From the IMG/VR virus record IMGVR_UViG_2784132095_000001: DNA of 64,000 bases; one strand, 5' to 3'. Every line of letters begins with the position of its first letter. The first letter of the stretch is position 1. Shown piece after piece: positions 36,865 through 45,457 of the stretch. Both the position numbers and the translations under genes were made by a program. The notes below the pieces were generated by a model. The model was not told where the DNA came from and made no database searches. It worked only from the letters and a program-made list of their open reading frames with translations. Origin of the DNA: a virus.

Positions 36865-37185
36865 ATGGGTTCTCTTGAAAAAGGCTCTTCTGTGAAGTCT
36901 CAGATTGTTGGAAATGGTCCATTTGTGAACCCATTGGGTGGCGTTGGTGCCATGGGGATGCCAAGGTATCAATGCCATAAGAAGGTATGGGCGTTGAAAA
37001 TCCGTTCAGTTGAGGGAAACAGAATTACGCCGGAAGAAAGTGGTTATGCCTCTTTTGTTGTGCCTGATGAATTTATTCAGAAACACAATCCTCAGATCGG
37101 TGGTTATTTCGTGGTTTACGAGGATGGCTATCATTCGTATTCTCCGGCAAAAGCTTTTGAGGAAGGCTATACGTTAATCAGGTAA
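36865..37185 (+). CDS. Small phage protein, possible anti-defence sponge
   Basis: RYQCHKKVWALKI...GGYFVVYEDGYHSYSPAKAFEEGY signature; SD GGAGG. Confidence 0.6.
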   Translation: MGSLEKGSSVKSQIVGNGPFVNPLGGVGAMGMPRYQCHKKVWALKIRSVEGNRITPEESGYASFVVPDEFIQKHNPQIGGYFVVYEDGYHSYSPAKAFEEGYTLIR

Positions 37186-37212
37186 TTATCGCATTACAGT
37201 AATTCGATAATT
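37184..37212. promoter_or_regulatory. Palindromic operator candidate, copy 2 (overlaps -10-like GATAAT)
   Basis: AATTATCG-N13-CGATAATT, arms identical to 22391-22419. Confidence 0.6.
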
Positions 37213-37217
37213 TAACA

Positions 37218-37277
37218 GGGTACCCACACAACGGCCCCTTGGAAACACCGAGAAATCGGCTTCCAAGGGGCTTTTTT
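37218..37277 (+). promoter_or_regulatory. Conserved leader + terminator hairpin, copy 3
   Basis: GGGTACCCACACAAC-GGCCCCTTGGAA...TTCCAAGGGGC-TTTTTT. Confidence 0.8.
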
Positions 37278-37387
37278 ATTTTGGCCGAAGACCGGAACGG
37301 CTCGGCAATTACAAACGCACAGAACACCGCTTCATCGGCGGCTCTGTCACGCGAAGACGCTTCGGCGCTCGCACAAAGGAGAGATCC

Positions 37388-38392
37388 ATGGCGATACCAG
37401 CAGCAGTAAGAGCACAGGAAGAGAGGGCAATACAGGCTCACCGAGAGGCCTATCAAAAGCCGGCTGATCCTCAACCGGCCCAGGTCGAAACCCCGACGGC
37501 GACACCGCCGGCACCGCCTCATGTTCCAGGGAATACCGCGCCCGCGGCTCCCCAGGCGCCACAGGCTGGGGGACTTCCGACCGGACCAGCAGGTGAAGAC
37601 CACAAACAGAAATTCGAGGTGTTGCAGGGGAAGTATAACGCTGAGGTGCCAAGGCTTCACGCGGAGTTAAGGGAGGTACGCGCTCTTTTGGCCGCAGCCC
37701 AGGCGCAAATTTCCGCGCTGCAAAACCAGCCCCCTTCCAATCAGGTTCAGGGAAAAACAGGTGATAGCGACGTTCTCAAGAAGGTTCGAGATGAGTTTGG
37801 GGATGAGCTCGCCGACGGCTTGCTCGCCTTAATCGAGTCGAAATCCGAAGAGAAGGCCGCGAAGATCCGGCAGGAATTCGCTCCGATCGCGGAGCGGGTC
37901 AATACCGTCGAGACACGTCAGGTCAAGTCGGCTGGCCAACGATTTTTTGAGGATCTCCGGAAAGAGGTTCCCAAATTCGATCAGTTGAACGGAACTGGAA
38001 ATGGGGACGGTCATCCTGAATTTCTCACCTGGCTTGGTTCCTTTGAACCGTATGCCGGGAAAACCTACCAAGCGTTGCTGGAAGACGCCTACTCCGCATT
38101 GGACGCACAACGGGCCGCGCGGATCGTTAAAGGGTGGCCGGGATATGCCGTTTATGCGGCTCCACCGGCTGCACCCGCTTTGAATCCGCAGGTTGAGTCG
38201 TTGATCGACCCGGGTCCGTCTCGTCCGAACACACAACCGACAGGTCAAACGAAGCCAACTTACACCCAAGATCAGATTCGGATCTTCTATGACGAGGTGC
38301 GGCGCGGTTTATGGCGAACCAGGGAAAAGGAACGTGCTGCGAAAGATGCAGATATCGCGCTTGCTTCTAAGGAGGGCCGAATCGTCGGGTGA
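37388..38392 (+). CDS. Capsid scaffolding protein
   Basis: Pro/Ala/Gln-rich coiled-coil protein immediately upstream of the capsid gene. Confidence 0.75.
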   Translation: MAIPAAVRAQEERAIQAHREAYQKPADPQPAQVETPTATPPAPPHVPGNTAPAAPQAPQAGGLPTGPAGEDHKQKFEVLQGKYNAEVPRLHAELREVRALLAAAQAQISALQNQPPSNQVQGKTGDSDVLKKVRDEFGDELADGLLALIESKSEEKAAKIRQEFAPIAERVNTVETRQVKSAGQRFFEDLRKEVPKFDQLNGTGNGDGHPEFLTWLGSFEPYAGKTYQALLEDAYSALDAQRAARIVKGWPGYAVYAAPPAAPALNPQVESLIDPGPSRPNTQPTGQTKPTYTQDQIRIFYDEVRRGLWRTREKERAAKDADIALASKEGRIVG

Positions 38393-38415
38393 CAACCGAT
38401 GAGGAGGAATAAAAG

Positions 38416-39345
38416 ATGTTTCCAGCAGCGACAGGAATGCCCAACTACTCTCCCACAGGGACGAGTAAATTTATCCCGGAGATTTGGTCCGGAAAGCTCG
38501 TTGTGAAGTTCTACGACGCCTGCGTTCTCGCCGATATCAGCAACACCGATTACGAAGGCGAGATCAAAAAGCATGGGGATACCGTAAACATCCGGACCAT
38601 TCCCAACATGACCATCCGGCCCTATAAGAAGGGTCAGATTCTCCAGACCGAGCGGCCTGAGAGCCCGGCGCTCTCCCTGCTGATCGACAAGGGGCAGTAT
38701 TTCGCCATTGTCATCGACAACGTGGACAAGTATCAGAGCGATATCCCTCTGATGGATCGGTGGGCGGAAGACGCTTCCGAGCAGATGAAAATCGTGGTCG
38801 ATACCGATGTGCTCGGAAACATCTATGTCGACGTCCATGCGTCGAACAAGGGGTTAACGGCCGGGAGAAAGTCCGCGAGCTTTAACCTGGGCGCCACCGG
38901 ATCTCCTGTCACCCTCACCAAGGTCAACATCGTCGATTATTTGGTCGACATGGGGACCGTGCTCGATGAGCAGAATATCCCTGAGCAGGGTCGGTTTGTC
39001 ATTCTTCCGGCCTGGGCGATCGGAATGCTCAAGAAGTCCGATATCCGGGATGCTTCTCTGACCGGGGACACCATCTCTCCGATGCGAAACGGTAAGGTCG
39101 GCATGGTCGACCGCTTCACGGTTTACCTCTCGAACAACCTGAGCACCGCCTCCGATGGTGGATCGACCTGCTACAACATCCTCTTCGGGCACAAACTGGC
39201 GACCACCTTCGCGGCTCAGATGACTGAGATGGACACCTTGAAAGTGGAATCGACCTTCGGGCAGCTCGTTCGAGGCCTGAAAGTCTACGGCTACAAGGTG
39301 GTCAAACCGGAAGCCCTGGGCCATTTCTACGCGAAGAAGGGATAG
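38416..39345 (+). CDS. Major capsid protein
   Basis: FIPEIWSGKL...NTDYEGEIKKHGDTVNI...VRGLKVYGYKVVKPEAL; strong SD; followed by a hairpin. Confidence 0.88.
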   Translation: MFPAATGMPNYSPTGTSKFIPEIWSGKLVVKFYDACVLADISNTDYEGEIKKHGDTVNIRTIPNMTIRPYKKGQILQTERPESPALSLLIDKGQYFAIVIDNVDKYQSDIPLMDRWAEDASEQMKIVVDTDVLGNIYVDVHASNKGLTAGRKSASFNLGATGSPVTLTKVNIVDYLVDMGTVLDEQNIPEQGRFVILPAWAIGMLKKSDIRDASLTGDTISPMRNGKVGMVDRFTVYLSNNLSTASDGGSTCYNILFGHKLATTFAAQMTEMDTLKVESTFGQLVRGLKVYGYKVVKPEALGHFYAKKG

Positions 39346-39376
39346 TCCCGACTGCGTGAGAGCTGATTAAAAACGT

Positions 39377-39404
39377 GTCCCCGCCTCGTTCATGGGGCGG
39401 GGAC
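39377..39404 (+). terminator. GC-rich hairpin after the capsid gene
   Basis: GTCCCCGCC...GGCGGGGAC; no U-tract. Confidence 0.5.
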
Positions 39405-39429
39405 CATCAGAGGAAAAGGAGATACCAAA

Positions 39430-39864
39430 ATGGCAACACTCGATAAGACTGGCGGGGCTTCCGTATCGGCGGCACAGCCCTGGGATGGGAAAGACCGGTA
39501 TGGTGTCATCGAAAAAGAGATCGACCTTGCCGGAGTGGCGACCGGGGACGTTCTTCAGTGTCTCAAGGTTAAGGACGGGTTTCTTGTCCACAACGTTACG
39601 ACCAAGATCGTGACCGCCTCCGATAAGGTCACCACGGCCGACGTCGGAGACGGCGCGGACCCGAACGGGTTCGACAATCAGATTGACCTTGCGGCGGCTG
39701 CCGGCACTCGAACAAAGGGTCTCGGTGGAACAGATCAATTCGTGACAGATGACGGGAAGCTTTACAGCGCGGACGACACGATTGATCTGACGGTGACGGT
39801 GACCTCTGGCCCAATCACGGTCGGAAAAGTCCTGGTCTCGGCGCTCTACACCCGGGTCGGTTGA
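39430..39864 (+). CDS. Putative capsid decoration/cement protein
   Basis: Beta-rich 144 aa after the capsid gene (VGDGADPNGF). Confidence 0.6.
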   Translation: MATLDKTGGASVSAAQPWDGKDRYGVIEKEIDLAGVATGDVLQCLKVKDGFLVHNVTTKIVTASDKVTTADVGDGADPNGFDNQIDLAAAAGTRTKGLGGTDQFVTDDGKLYSADDTIDLTVTVTSGPITVGKVLVSALYTRVG

Positions 39865-39921
39865 TCCGTTTTTGATGCGGGAGGAGTGAACAGTTAACCC
39901 AATTCAGAAAAGGAGAATCCC

Positions 39922-40377
39922 ATGTCAGGACGTGTAACCCATGAAATAGATTTGGAGAAGCCCCTGATTCGCGGGGTGGAGTTGACCCCGGATGCGGCTG
40001 AACTGAATAAGTTCAACCTCTTAACCGGGGAGAAAGTGGTCAAGGCGGTGACCGGAGAGATTAATTTCAACGTCGCCTCTCCGTTCGACGTGTCCTTGGG
40101 GGTCATTCCCAAGGGCGCGATCATCATCGAGACGATCGTCAATGTTATCACGGTCTTCAACGCCGGGACCACGAACGTCTTGGTTGTTGGCAAAGCCGGG
40201 ACCGCGAATGAGCTGGTGGCCGAGGGGGATGTCAACGAAGCGTCTGCAACGCTTCAAAGGGTTGCGAAGAATATCGCGGCGCTTGCCGCCGACACCGAGT
40301 ATCTTGCAAATTACACCCAAACCGGTGGGGCGGCGACCACAGGAAAGGCAAGAGTTACCATCGTGTATCTCATCTAG
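39922..40377 (+). CDS. Putative virion structural protein
   Basis: Beta-rich (LGVIPKGAII...VITVFNAG). Confidence 0.6.
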   Translation: MSGRVTHEIDLEKPLIRGVELTPDAAELNKFNLLTGEKVVKAVTGEINFNVASPFDVSLGVIPKGAIIIETIVNVITVFNAGTTNVLVVGKAGTANELVAEGDVNEASATLQRVAKNIAALAADTEYLANYTQTGGAATTGKARVTIVYLI

Positions 40378-40383
40378 TCAAAT

Positions 40384-40410
40384 GGGCGGGGGGCTTCGCG
40401 CTCCCCGCCT
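40384..40410 (+). terminator. GC-rich hairpin with TTCG-like loop
   Basis: GGCGGGG...TTCG...CCCCGCC. Confidence 0.5.
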
Positions 40411-40425
40411 GAATAGGAGGGTGGT

Positions 40426-40863
40426 ATGGCGGAAGCAACTTATCTTAAGAAAAAGAGTGATCCGCGGCCGATCATTCCGGTCGAAGATCTCTATATTTGG
40501 AATCCCATCTTGGCAGAGCGGGAAGACATGGAGGTTTACGTGCCTGGTCAGGTTTCGGTGTCTCCTGTTGGGTTGCAGCCTCCGAGTCAGGAGAATGCAA
40601 TCGTTATCGATCCGTCTGATTTTCAGCCGGGTGATAGCGTGAAGCTCTCTCCAGAAGACGAGCTTAATACGATGACCGTCGATCCGAATCGAATCAAGGC
40701 GATTGTCGAAGCGATCGGAAAACTTGATCCGAAAAAGGATTATACCAAGAAGACCCCGCAGCGGGAGGCCATGCCTCGGGTGGAATCGATTGAGCGGTTG
40801 ACCGGGTTTAAATTGGAGCCCGGAGAGCGTGATATCGCCTTAGAGGCAATGAAGGCCGCCTAA
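40426..40863 (+). CDS. Hypothetical protein
   Basis: SD GGAGG; 145 aa. Confidence 0.65.
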   Translation: MAEATYLKKKSDPRPIIPVEDLYIWNPILAEREDMEVYVPGQVSVSPVGLQPPSQENAIVIDPSDFQPGDSVKLSPEDELNTMTVDPNRIKAIVEAIGKLDPKKDYTKKTPQREAMPRVESIERLTGFKLEPGERDIALEAMKAA

Positions 40864-40873
40864 AGGAGCGTCG

Positions 40874-41854
40874 ATGCTGCTTTCTGAAATCGTCGGTGAA
40901 TGCCGGGGAAAGATCGATGACGCGGAGCAATCCACCTGGTCCGATGAGGAAATGGTCGGATACCTCAACGAAGCGATCGAGGAGTTGTGCCGGGAGGCGG
41001 AGCTAATCACCGATTCTCGAACGGTCGGGGAAGTTCTATCTTCCGGGGCGATCACCTTGGCGGCCGCCGGCGGGTCCATCGCCCATGTGAAGGTCAACGG
41101 GATCACGATCACTTCCGGGGCGGTGGCCTACGATACCAGCTTGTCGGTTACTGCAGCGGCGCTGGCGGCGAACATCAACGCGCATACTTCCAGCCCGGAT
41201 TACACGGCCGAAGCGAGCGGGGCGACTGTGACGATCAAAGCGAAGGCTGGAACGGGTGCGAATCCCAACGGCTTCGCGGTGACCGTCTCGATTTCCGGGA
41301 TGACGGCGACGGTCACCGATATGGCCGGGGGAACCTCTCTTTGTCAAATCTACCTTCTTCCCGGGGTGGTCTGGTACTCGCTTGATCCCAGGGTGATCCA
41401 GGTGCAGCGGGTGAAGCCGGCCCTTCTGACCCATCCTATTTCGAAGCAAACCGAAGACATTCTTGATATGTGCTGGCCGAATTGGGAAGCGTCGGAGGGA
41501 CCGCCTCGGCATTGGGTTTCTGCCACTGGTGCCGTTCGAATCGTGCCGATTCCGGAAGCGGCCGACACGGTGACATTGAAAGTCTCTCGTCTTCCTTTAA
41601 CCAGCCTGACGCACACAAAGTTGAATGCGTCGCCGGAGATCCCGGCGATTTACCATCGTCGGCTCTTTCCGGGGGTGATCTACCGGGCCTACGAGAAGCA
41701 ACGGCATGGGAACATGATCAACGCGCAAAAGGCCGGGGAGCGGCGCGCGGAATGGCGCGGGGTGATCAATTGGATCAAAGGTGATCAGTTGAAGCGAAAT
41801 TCAGCGATTGACACGGCGGCCTCGCCGGTGCCGATCGGAGGGAGACAGCGATGA
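40874..41854 (+). CDS. Head-tail adaptor-like protein with an inserted beta domain
   Basis: N-terminal WSDEEMVGYLNEAI and C-terminal EIPAIYHRRL...YRAY adaptor pattern, with an Ala/Thr/Gly-rich insert. Confidence 0.65.
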   Translation: MLLSEIVGECRGKIDDAEQSTWSDEEMVGYLNEAIEELCREAELITDSRTVGEVLSSGAITLAAAGGSIAHVKVNGITITSGAVAYDTSLSVTAAALAANINAHTSSPDYTAEASGATVTIKAKAGTGANPNGFAVTVSISGMTATVTDMAGGTSLCQIYLLPGVVWYSLDPRVIQVQRVKPALLTHPISKQTEDILDMCWPNWEASEGPPRHWVSATGAVRIVPIPEAADTVTLKVSRLPLTSLTHTKLNASPEIPAIYHRRLFPGVIYRAYEKQRHGNMINAQKAGERRAEWRGVINWIKGDQLKRNSAIDTAASPVPIGGRQR

Positions 41855-42846
41855 TGCAGGAAAGTCGTCCGGCGCACAGTCTTTTGAAGAAGCTTTTCGA
41901 TAACTCGGCGAATTTTGTAACAACCGGGGGGAGTGCGAACGCCTACACCGCGACCTTTGTCCCGGCGCATGTCCTGGCGTCCGATTTTGTCGGCTACCTG
42001 AGAATTCATGCGACAAATACCGGAGCCTCGACGTTAAACGCCAACGGAACCGGCGCCAAGAATTTAATGAAGATTCAGGGTGCGTATATTGTTGCGCTGG
42101 CCCCTCGAGATCTACTTGTAGGCGGTATCTACCAAGTCATCCGGGATCAGACAGGGGATCGGTATCTTGCAATATCGGCAAGTTTTGATGGATTTTCGGC
42201 CGATGTTACGGTGATGAAAAATGATTTCCATCATCCGGTCTCTCTCAATTCCATCGACAGCTTCGGATATTTTTGCAATGTCAACGGAACGCTTGACTTG
42301 TCACGGTCAGCGACCGCAGCGGGGGGTATATGGATTTTTCAGTCGGTTGGTTCGACTTCAGGTTCTCTGTGGGTCACGAAAAGCGCTTTTCAGAACGCTG
42401 CCCCATATATTCCCGCCTCCGGAAGAAGGATGTCGTGCAGGGTTGCCCCCGTCACCGGTGCAAGCGGTGGGAATAAATACTGGGGATTATCCGATACGGC
42501 AGACCCGGCGAGCGGAGCGCTTGATTCCGGCGGGGCGGCGAAAGGGTGTTTCTTTCGGCGGGCAACGACTGGGAATGTTTTTGCGGTGACAAAAAACGGC
42601 GCTGCCACGGAAACGACCACCGACTTGGGATCTGCATTTGAAGGTGAATGGGATGATTACGAGGTGGCTCCAACCCCCACAGAAGTAAATTATTACAAGG
42701 GGGGTGTTTTGGTTGCAACGCACACGACAAACATCCCGACCGTGGGCCTTCGATCTATCGTATCGGTTTATCAGCCCGATCCTATTGCGGTAACTGTGTA
42801 TCTTATGCTTGATCGAATTAAAGAGAGAATCCCAGGGAGGGAATAA
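41851..42846 (+). CDS. Tail-fibre-like structural protein
   Basis: TTGGSANAYT...NTGASTLNANG; beta-rich C-terminal domain. Confidence 0.6.
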   Translation: MMQESRPAHSLLKKLFDNSANFVTTGGSANAYTATFVPAHVLASDFVGYLRIHATNTGASTLNANGTGAKNLMKIQGAYIVALAPRDLLVGGIYQVIRDQTGDRYLAISASFDGFSADVTVMKNDFHHPVSLNSIDSFGYFCNVNGTLDLSRSATAAGGIWIFQSVGSTSGSLWVTKSAFQNAAPYIPASGRRMSCRVAPVTGASGGNKYWGLSDTADPASGALDSGGAAKGCFFRRATTGNVFAVTKNGAATETTTDLGSAFEGEWDDYEVAPTPTEVNYYKGGVLVATHTTNIPTVGLRSIVSVYQPDPIAVTVYLMLDRIKERIPGRE

Positions 42847-42848
42847 TC

Positions 42849-43298
42849 ATGGAAGACCTTAACGCGACTCCAAAAATCGAATTCAGGACCGAAGAAGAAC
42901 AGAACTTTCCTGGATATTATACGAATTATTTTTCCATGCTGAAGACGTTGAATCGTGATCGGCTGCAAACGCTTTCTCTCGAACGAAGGGGATTTGAAGA
43001 AATTAATCCAGCGCTCGGCCCCAACCCAAGCAAGGAAAAGATCAATACTTTTTTCGCGCTGAGGGCTGCGGTTCTCTCTCCGGCATATCTTGGCCTGATG
43101 GAAGCGCCGGATTGGGTGAAATCGTCTGTGGCGGATTCAGCGAAGATGATGGGGGAAATGGTGACGGATCAGAACGCGAGGTTATTCCGTGGCGAGAAAA
43201 TAAATGCGCGTCTTCCCATTGCAGCGAAGTTTACCTATCACGGCGATTGGGATCGGTTTATTGAAGACAAGTATCGTATTTTCACTGGAGATAAATAG
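42849..43298 (+). CDS. Hypothetical protein
   Basis: 149 aa, in operon orientation. Confidence 0.6.
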   Translation: MEDLNATPKIEFRTEEEQNFPGYYTNYFSMLKTLNRDRLQTLSLERRGFEEINPALGPNPSKEKINTFFALRAAVLSPAYLGLMEAPDWVKSSVADSAKMMGEMVTDQNARLFRGEKINARLPIAAKFTYHGDWDRFIEDKYRIFTGDK

Positions 43299-43916
43299 AT
43301 GCCTCAACCTAAAAAAAATCAGACCTTCACCTTCATCGTCCAGTTGGAAGACTCGAACAATCCCGGCCAGTTTAAGGCGAACCCGACGATCGCGGCGGGG
43401 GATTTCAAGGTGTCAACGGACGGCGGCGCGCGAACGAACCTGACAAACCTCCCGACCGTGGAGCCGGCCGGGTCAATCGACGTGAAGATCATTCTTTCGG
43501 CCGCTGAGATGAACGGGGATCGGGTTGTGGTTGAGATCAAAGATCAAACCAGTCCTTCCGAGTGGGAGCCGCTGGTTAGAACGATCTATCCGGAGGTGAA
43601 CCCCCTCGTTGATGTTTATGCGAAGGTTGGACCGCTTCAATACGATGCTTCGAACAACGTGAAATCGGTCCAGCAGTTTCCGACCGGAACGGTGGTCGCC
43701 GACGCTGGAAACACGGCGCTCGCGTTTAAGAGTGACCGGACGGAGGGAACCGACAACTTCTGGCGAGGGTATGTGAAATTTAAACCACCTTCTGCGTTGG
43801 CTGGGCAACACGCGCGGATTTTGAGTTATATCGGCGCGACCAAGTTTTTCAATGTGAGTTCATCGTTTACCGGCATTCCGGCGAATGGAGACCCGTTCGA
43901 CATCGTAAACGAGTAA
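43299..43916 (+). CDS. Putative virion structural protein
   Basis: PTIAAGDFKVSTDGG...LSAAEMNGD; beta-rich. Confidence 0.6.
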   Translation: MPQPKKNQTFTFIVQLEDSNNPGQFKANPTIAAGDFKVSTDGGARTNLTNLPTVEPAGSIDVKIILSAAEMNGDRVVVEIKDQTSPSEWEPLVRTIYPEVNPLVDVYAKVGPLQYDASNNVKSVQQFPTGTVVADAGNTALAFKSDRTEGTDNFWRGYVKFKPPSALAGQHARILSYIGATKFFNVSSSFTGIPANGDPFDIVNE

Positions 43917-43935
43917 TTCGATAGACCGATAAAAA

Positions 43936-43996
43936 GGGCACCCCCACCAAGGCCCCTTGAGACCGAGAGATCCGGAATCAAGGGGCCTTTTTATTT
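43936..43996 (+). promoter_or_regulatory. Conserved leader + terminator hairpin, copy 4
   Basis: GGGCACCCCCACCAA-GGCCCCTTGA...TCAAGGGGCC-TTTTT. Confidence 0.8.
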
Positions 43997-44006
43997 GGAG
44001 TGAGAC

Positions 44007-44498
44007 ATGGCGATTACACCGAGCGATTTACTGTACTTCCTCACAGGGGGGGCGGCCAACGCCGATCCGAATCTTTCTCTCGGTGGGGTCACCTCGAACA
44101 CCCAGGTCGGCACCTCGCTTCATTCCCTTTTCGATGCGGTGTCTTCGGCTGAGGGAGCGGCGGGGGATACCGAATATCGAGCGATCGACATCAAAAACAA
44201 TCACGGCAGCGAGACGATGGTTGCGGCCGGGGTTTACATCTCGCAAGAGACGGTTTCGGTTCACACGACCGTGGCGCTGGCTTACGATTCGACCGGGACT
44301 CAGAGCGTGGTCAATGAATCGACCGCACCGACCGCGGTAACGTTCAGTACGCCGCTTACAAAGCCGGCTGGGATTGCGCTGGGGAACATCGCTCCTGGGG
44401 CGACTCGCCGGATATGGGTAAGGCGAACAGTTACCGCGGGGGCTGTGCCTGCGAACGACTCCGGCAGCTTGAGCGCGTATTGGGATACTGGTCCTTAA
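44007..44498 (+). CDS. Putative virion structural protein
   Basis: DPNLSLGG...LFDAVSSAE...GDTEYRAI...IWVRRTV. Confidence 0.65.
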   Translation: MAITPSDLLYFLTGGAANADPNLSLGGVTSNTQVGTSLHSLFDAVSSAEGAAGDTEYRAIDIKNNHGSETMVAAGVYISQETVSVHTTVALAYDSTGTQSVVNESTAPTAVTFSTPLTKPAGIALGNIAPGATRRIWVRRTVTAGAVPANDSGSLSAYWDTGP

Positions 44499-44512
44499 TT
44501 GGAGGGTAAAGA

Positions 44513-44845
44513 TTGAGCCTTCTTTTACTTGACGGTGAATTTTCAGTCGAAAAACAGCTTCCCTACAGTTGGGATGTCGGCGGCGCGGTAGAAAAAACGC
44601 TCCCTTATTCCTGGACGGTTTATCAGAGCGTCGAGAAAACGCTTCCGTACTCCTGGCATGTCATCGCCACTCTAGAGAAGGCGCTTTCTTATTCATGGAC
44701 GATTTACCAGGGTATTGAAAAGCCGCTCCCGTACTCTTGGCGGATCATCCGGTTTTATACAAGCTCTTTGGCGCTTCGTGTTTTTAGATCGATCAAGCGG
44801 AAAAAGGTGTTCCGACGGCCACCTCCCCAACGTGAGGACTTTTGA
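44513..44845 (+). CDS. Repeat protein (5 x ~14 aa EKxLxYSW)
   Basis: TTG start with SD GGAGG; repeats visible in the translation. Confidence 0.65.
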   Translation: MSLLLLDGEFSVEKQLPYSWDVGGAVEKTLPYSWTVYQSVEKTLPYSWHVIATLEKALSYSWTIYQGIEKPLPYSWRIIRFYTSSLALRVFRSIKRKKVFRRPPPQREDF

Positions 44846-45457
44846 GTGAGACTGGATGACATCTCGAAGCTTCCATATGAGGAATTCCCGATCTACTTCC
44901 GGTTTTCTTCCGACATGGTTCCCGATGAGGAAATCATTGAAGAGGATACCGTTGTTACCTGCATCAATGTGGAGACCGGTGTTGATACGAAGGCGGAGGT
45001 TATTTCCAGCGAGGAGTTATCCGGGCAAAACATCAAAGTCGTTTTGAGGGATGGGGTGCTCGGTCAGGCTCACAAAATAGAAACGAAGATTCATACCACC
45101 CTTGATAACGTTTTAGAGCAAGAACTTATTCTTTATATTCGAAGAAATCCAGTCGATCAAGACAGATTCGAGAAGCAACCCAGCGAAGAATATTCGATCG
45201 GAAACAATTTCGCCGACGAGCTCGAACCCGGCGATTCCATTGTCTCCCACTCTACCTTGGCAACAAAGGAAGCCGACGGATCTGACGCCACGGCGACGGT
45301 GATCAAAGGGGACGGCCTTGCCGACACCCAAGTTCATCTCCATGTCGGAGTTTTTTCTTCTTTCGACGGAGAATATCACCTACTGGAAATGCGAGTTGTG
45401 ACGGCCATGGGCTACAAATACGCAAAGCAGGTCACGATGATAACGAAGGAACGATGA
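44846..45457 (+). CDS. Fibre-tail adaptor-like protein with two tandem domains
   Basis: KLPYEEFPIYFRF... and KQPSEEYSIGNNF... halves. Confidence 0.6.
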   Translation: MRLDDISKLPYEEFPIYFRFSSDMVPDEEIIEEDTVVTCINVETGVDTKAEVISSEELSGQNIKVVLRDGVLGQAHKIETKIHTTLDNVLEQELILYIRRNPVDQDRFEKQPSEEYSIGNNFADELEPGDSIVSHSTLATKEADGSDATATVIKGDGLADTQVHLHVGVFSSFDGEYHLLEMRVVTAMGYKYAKQVTMITKER

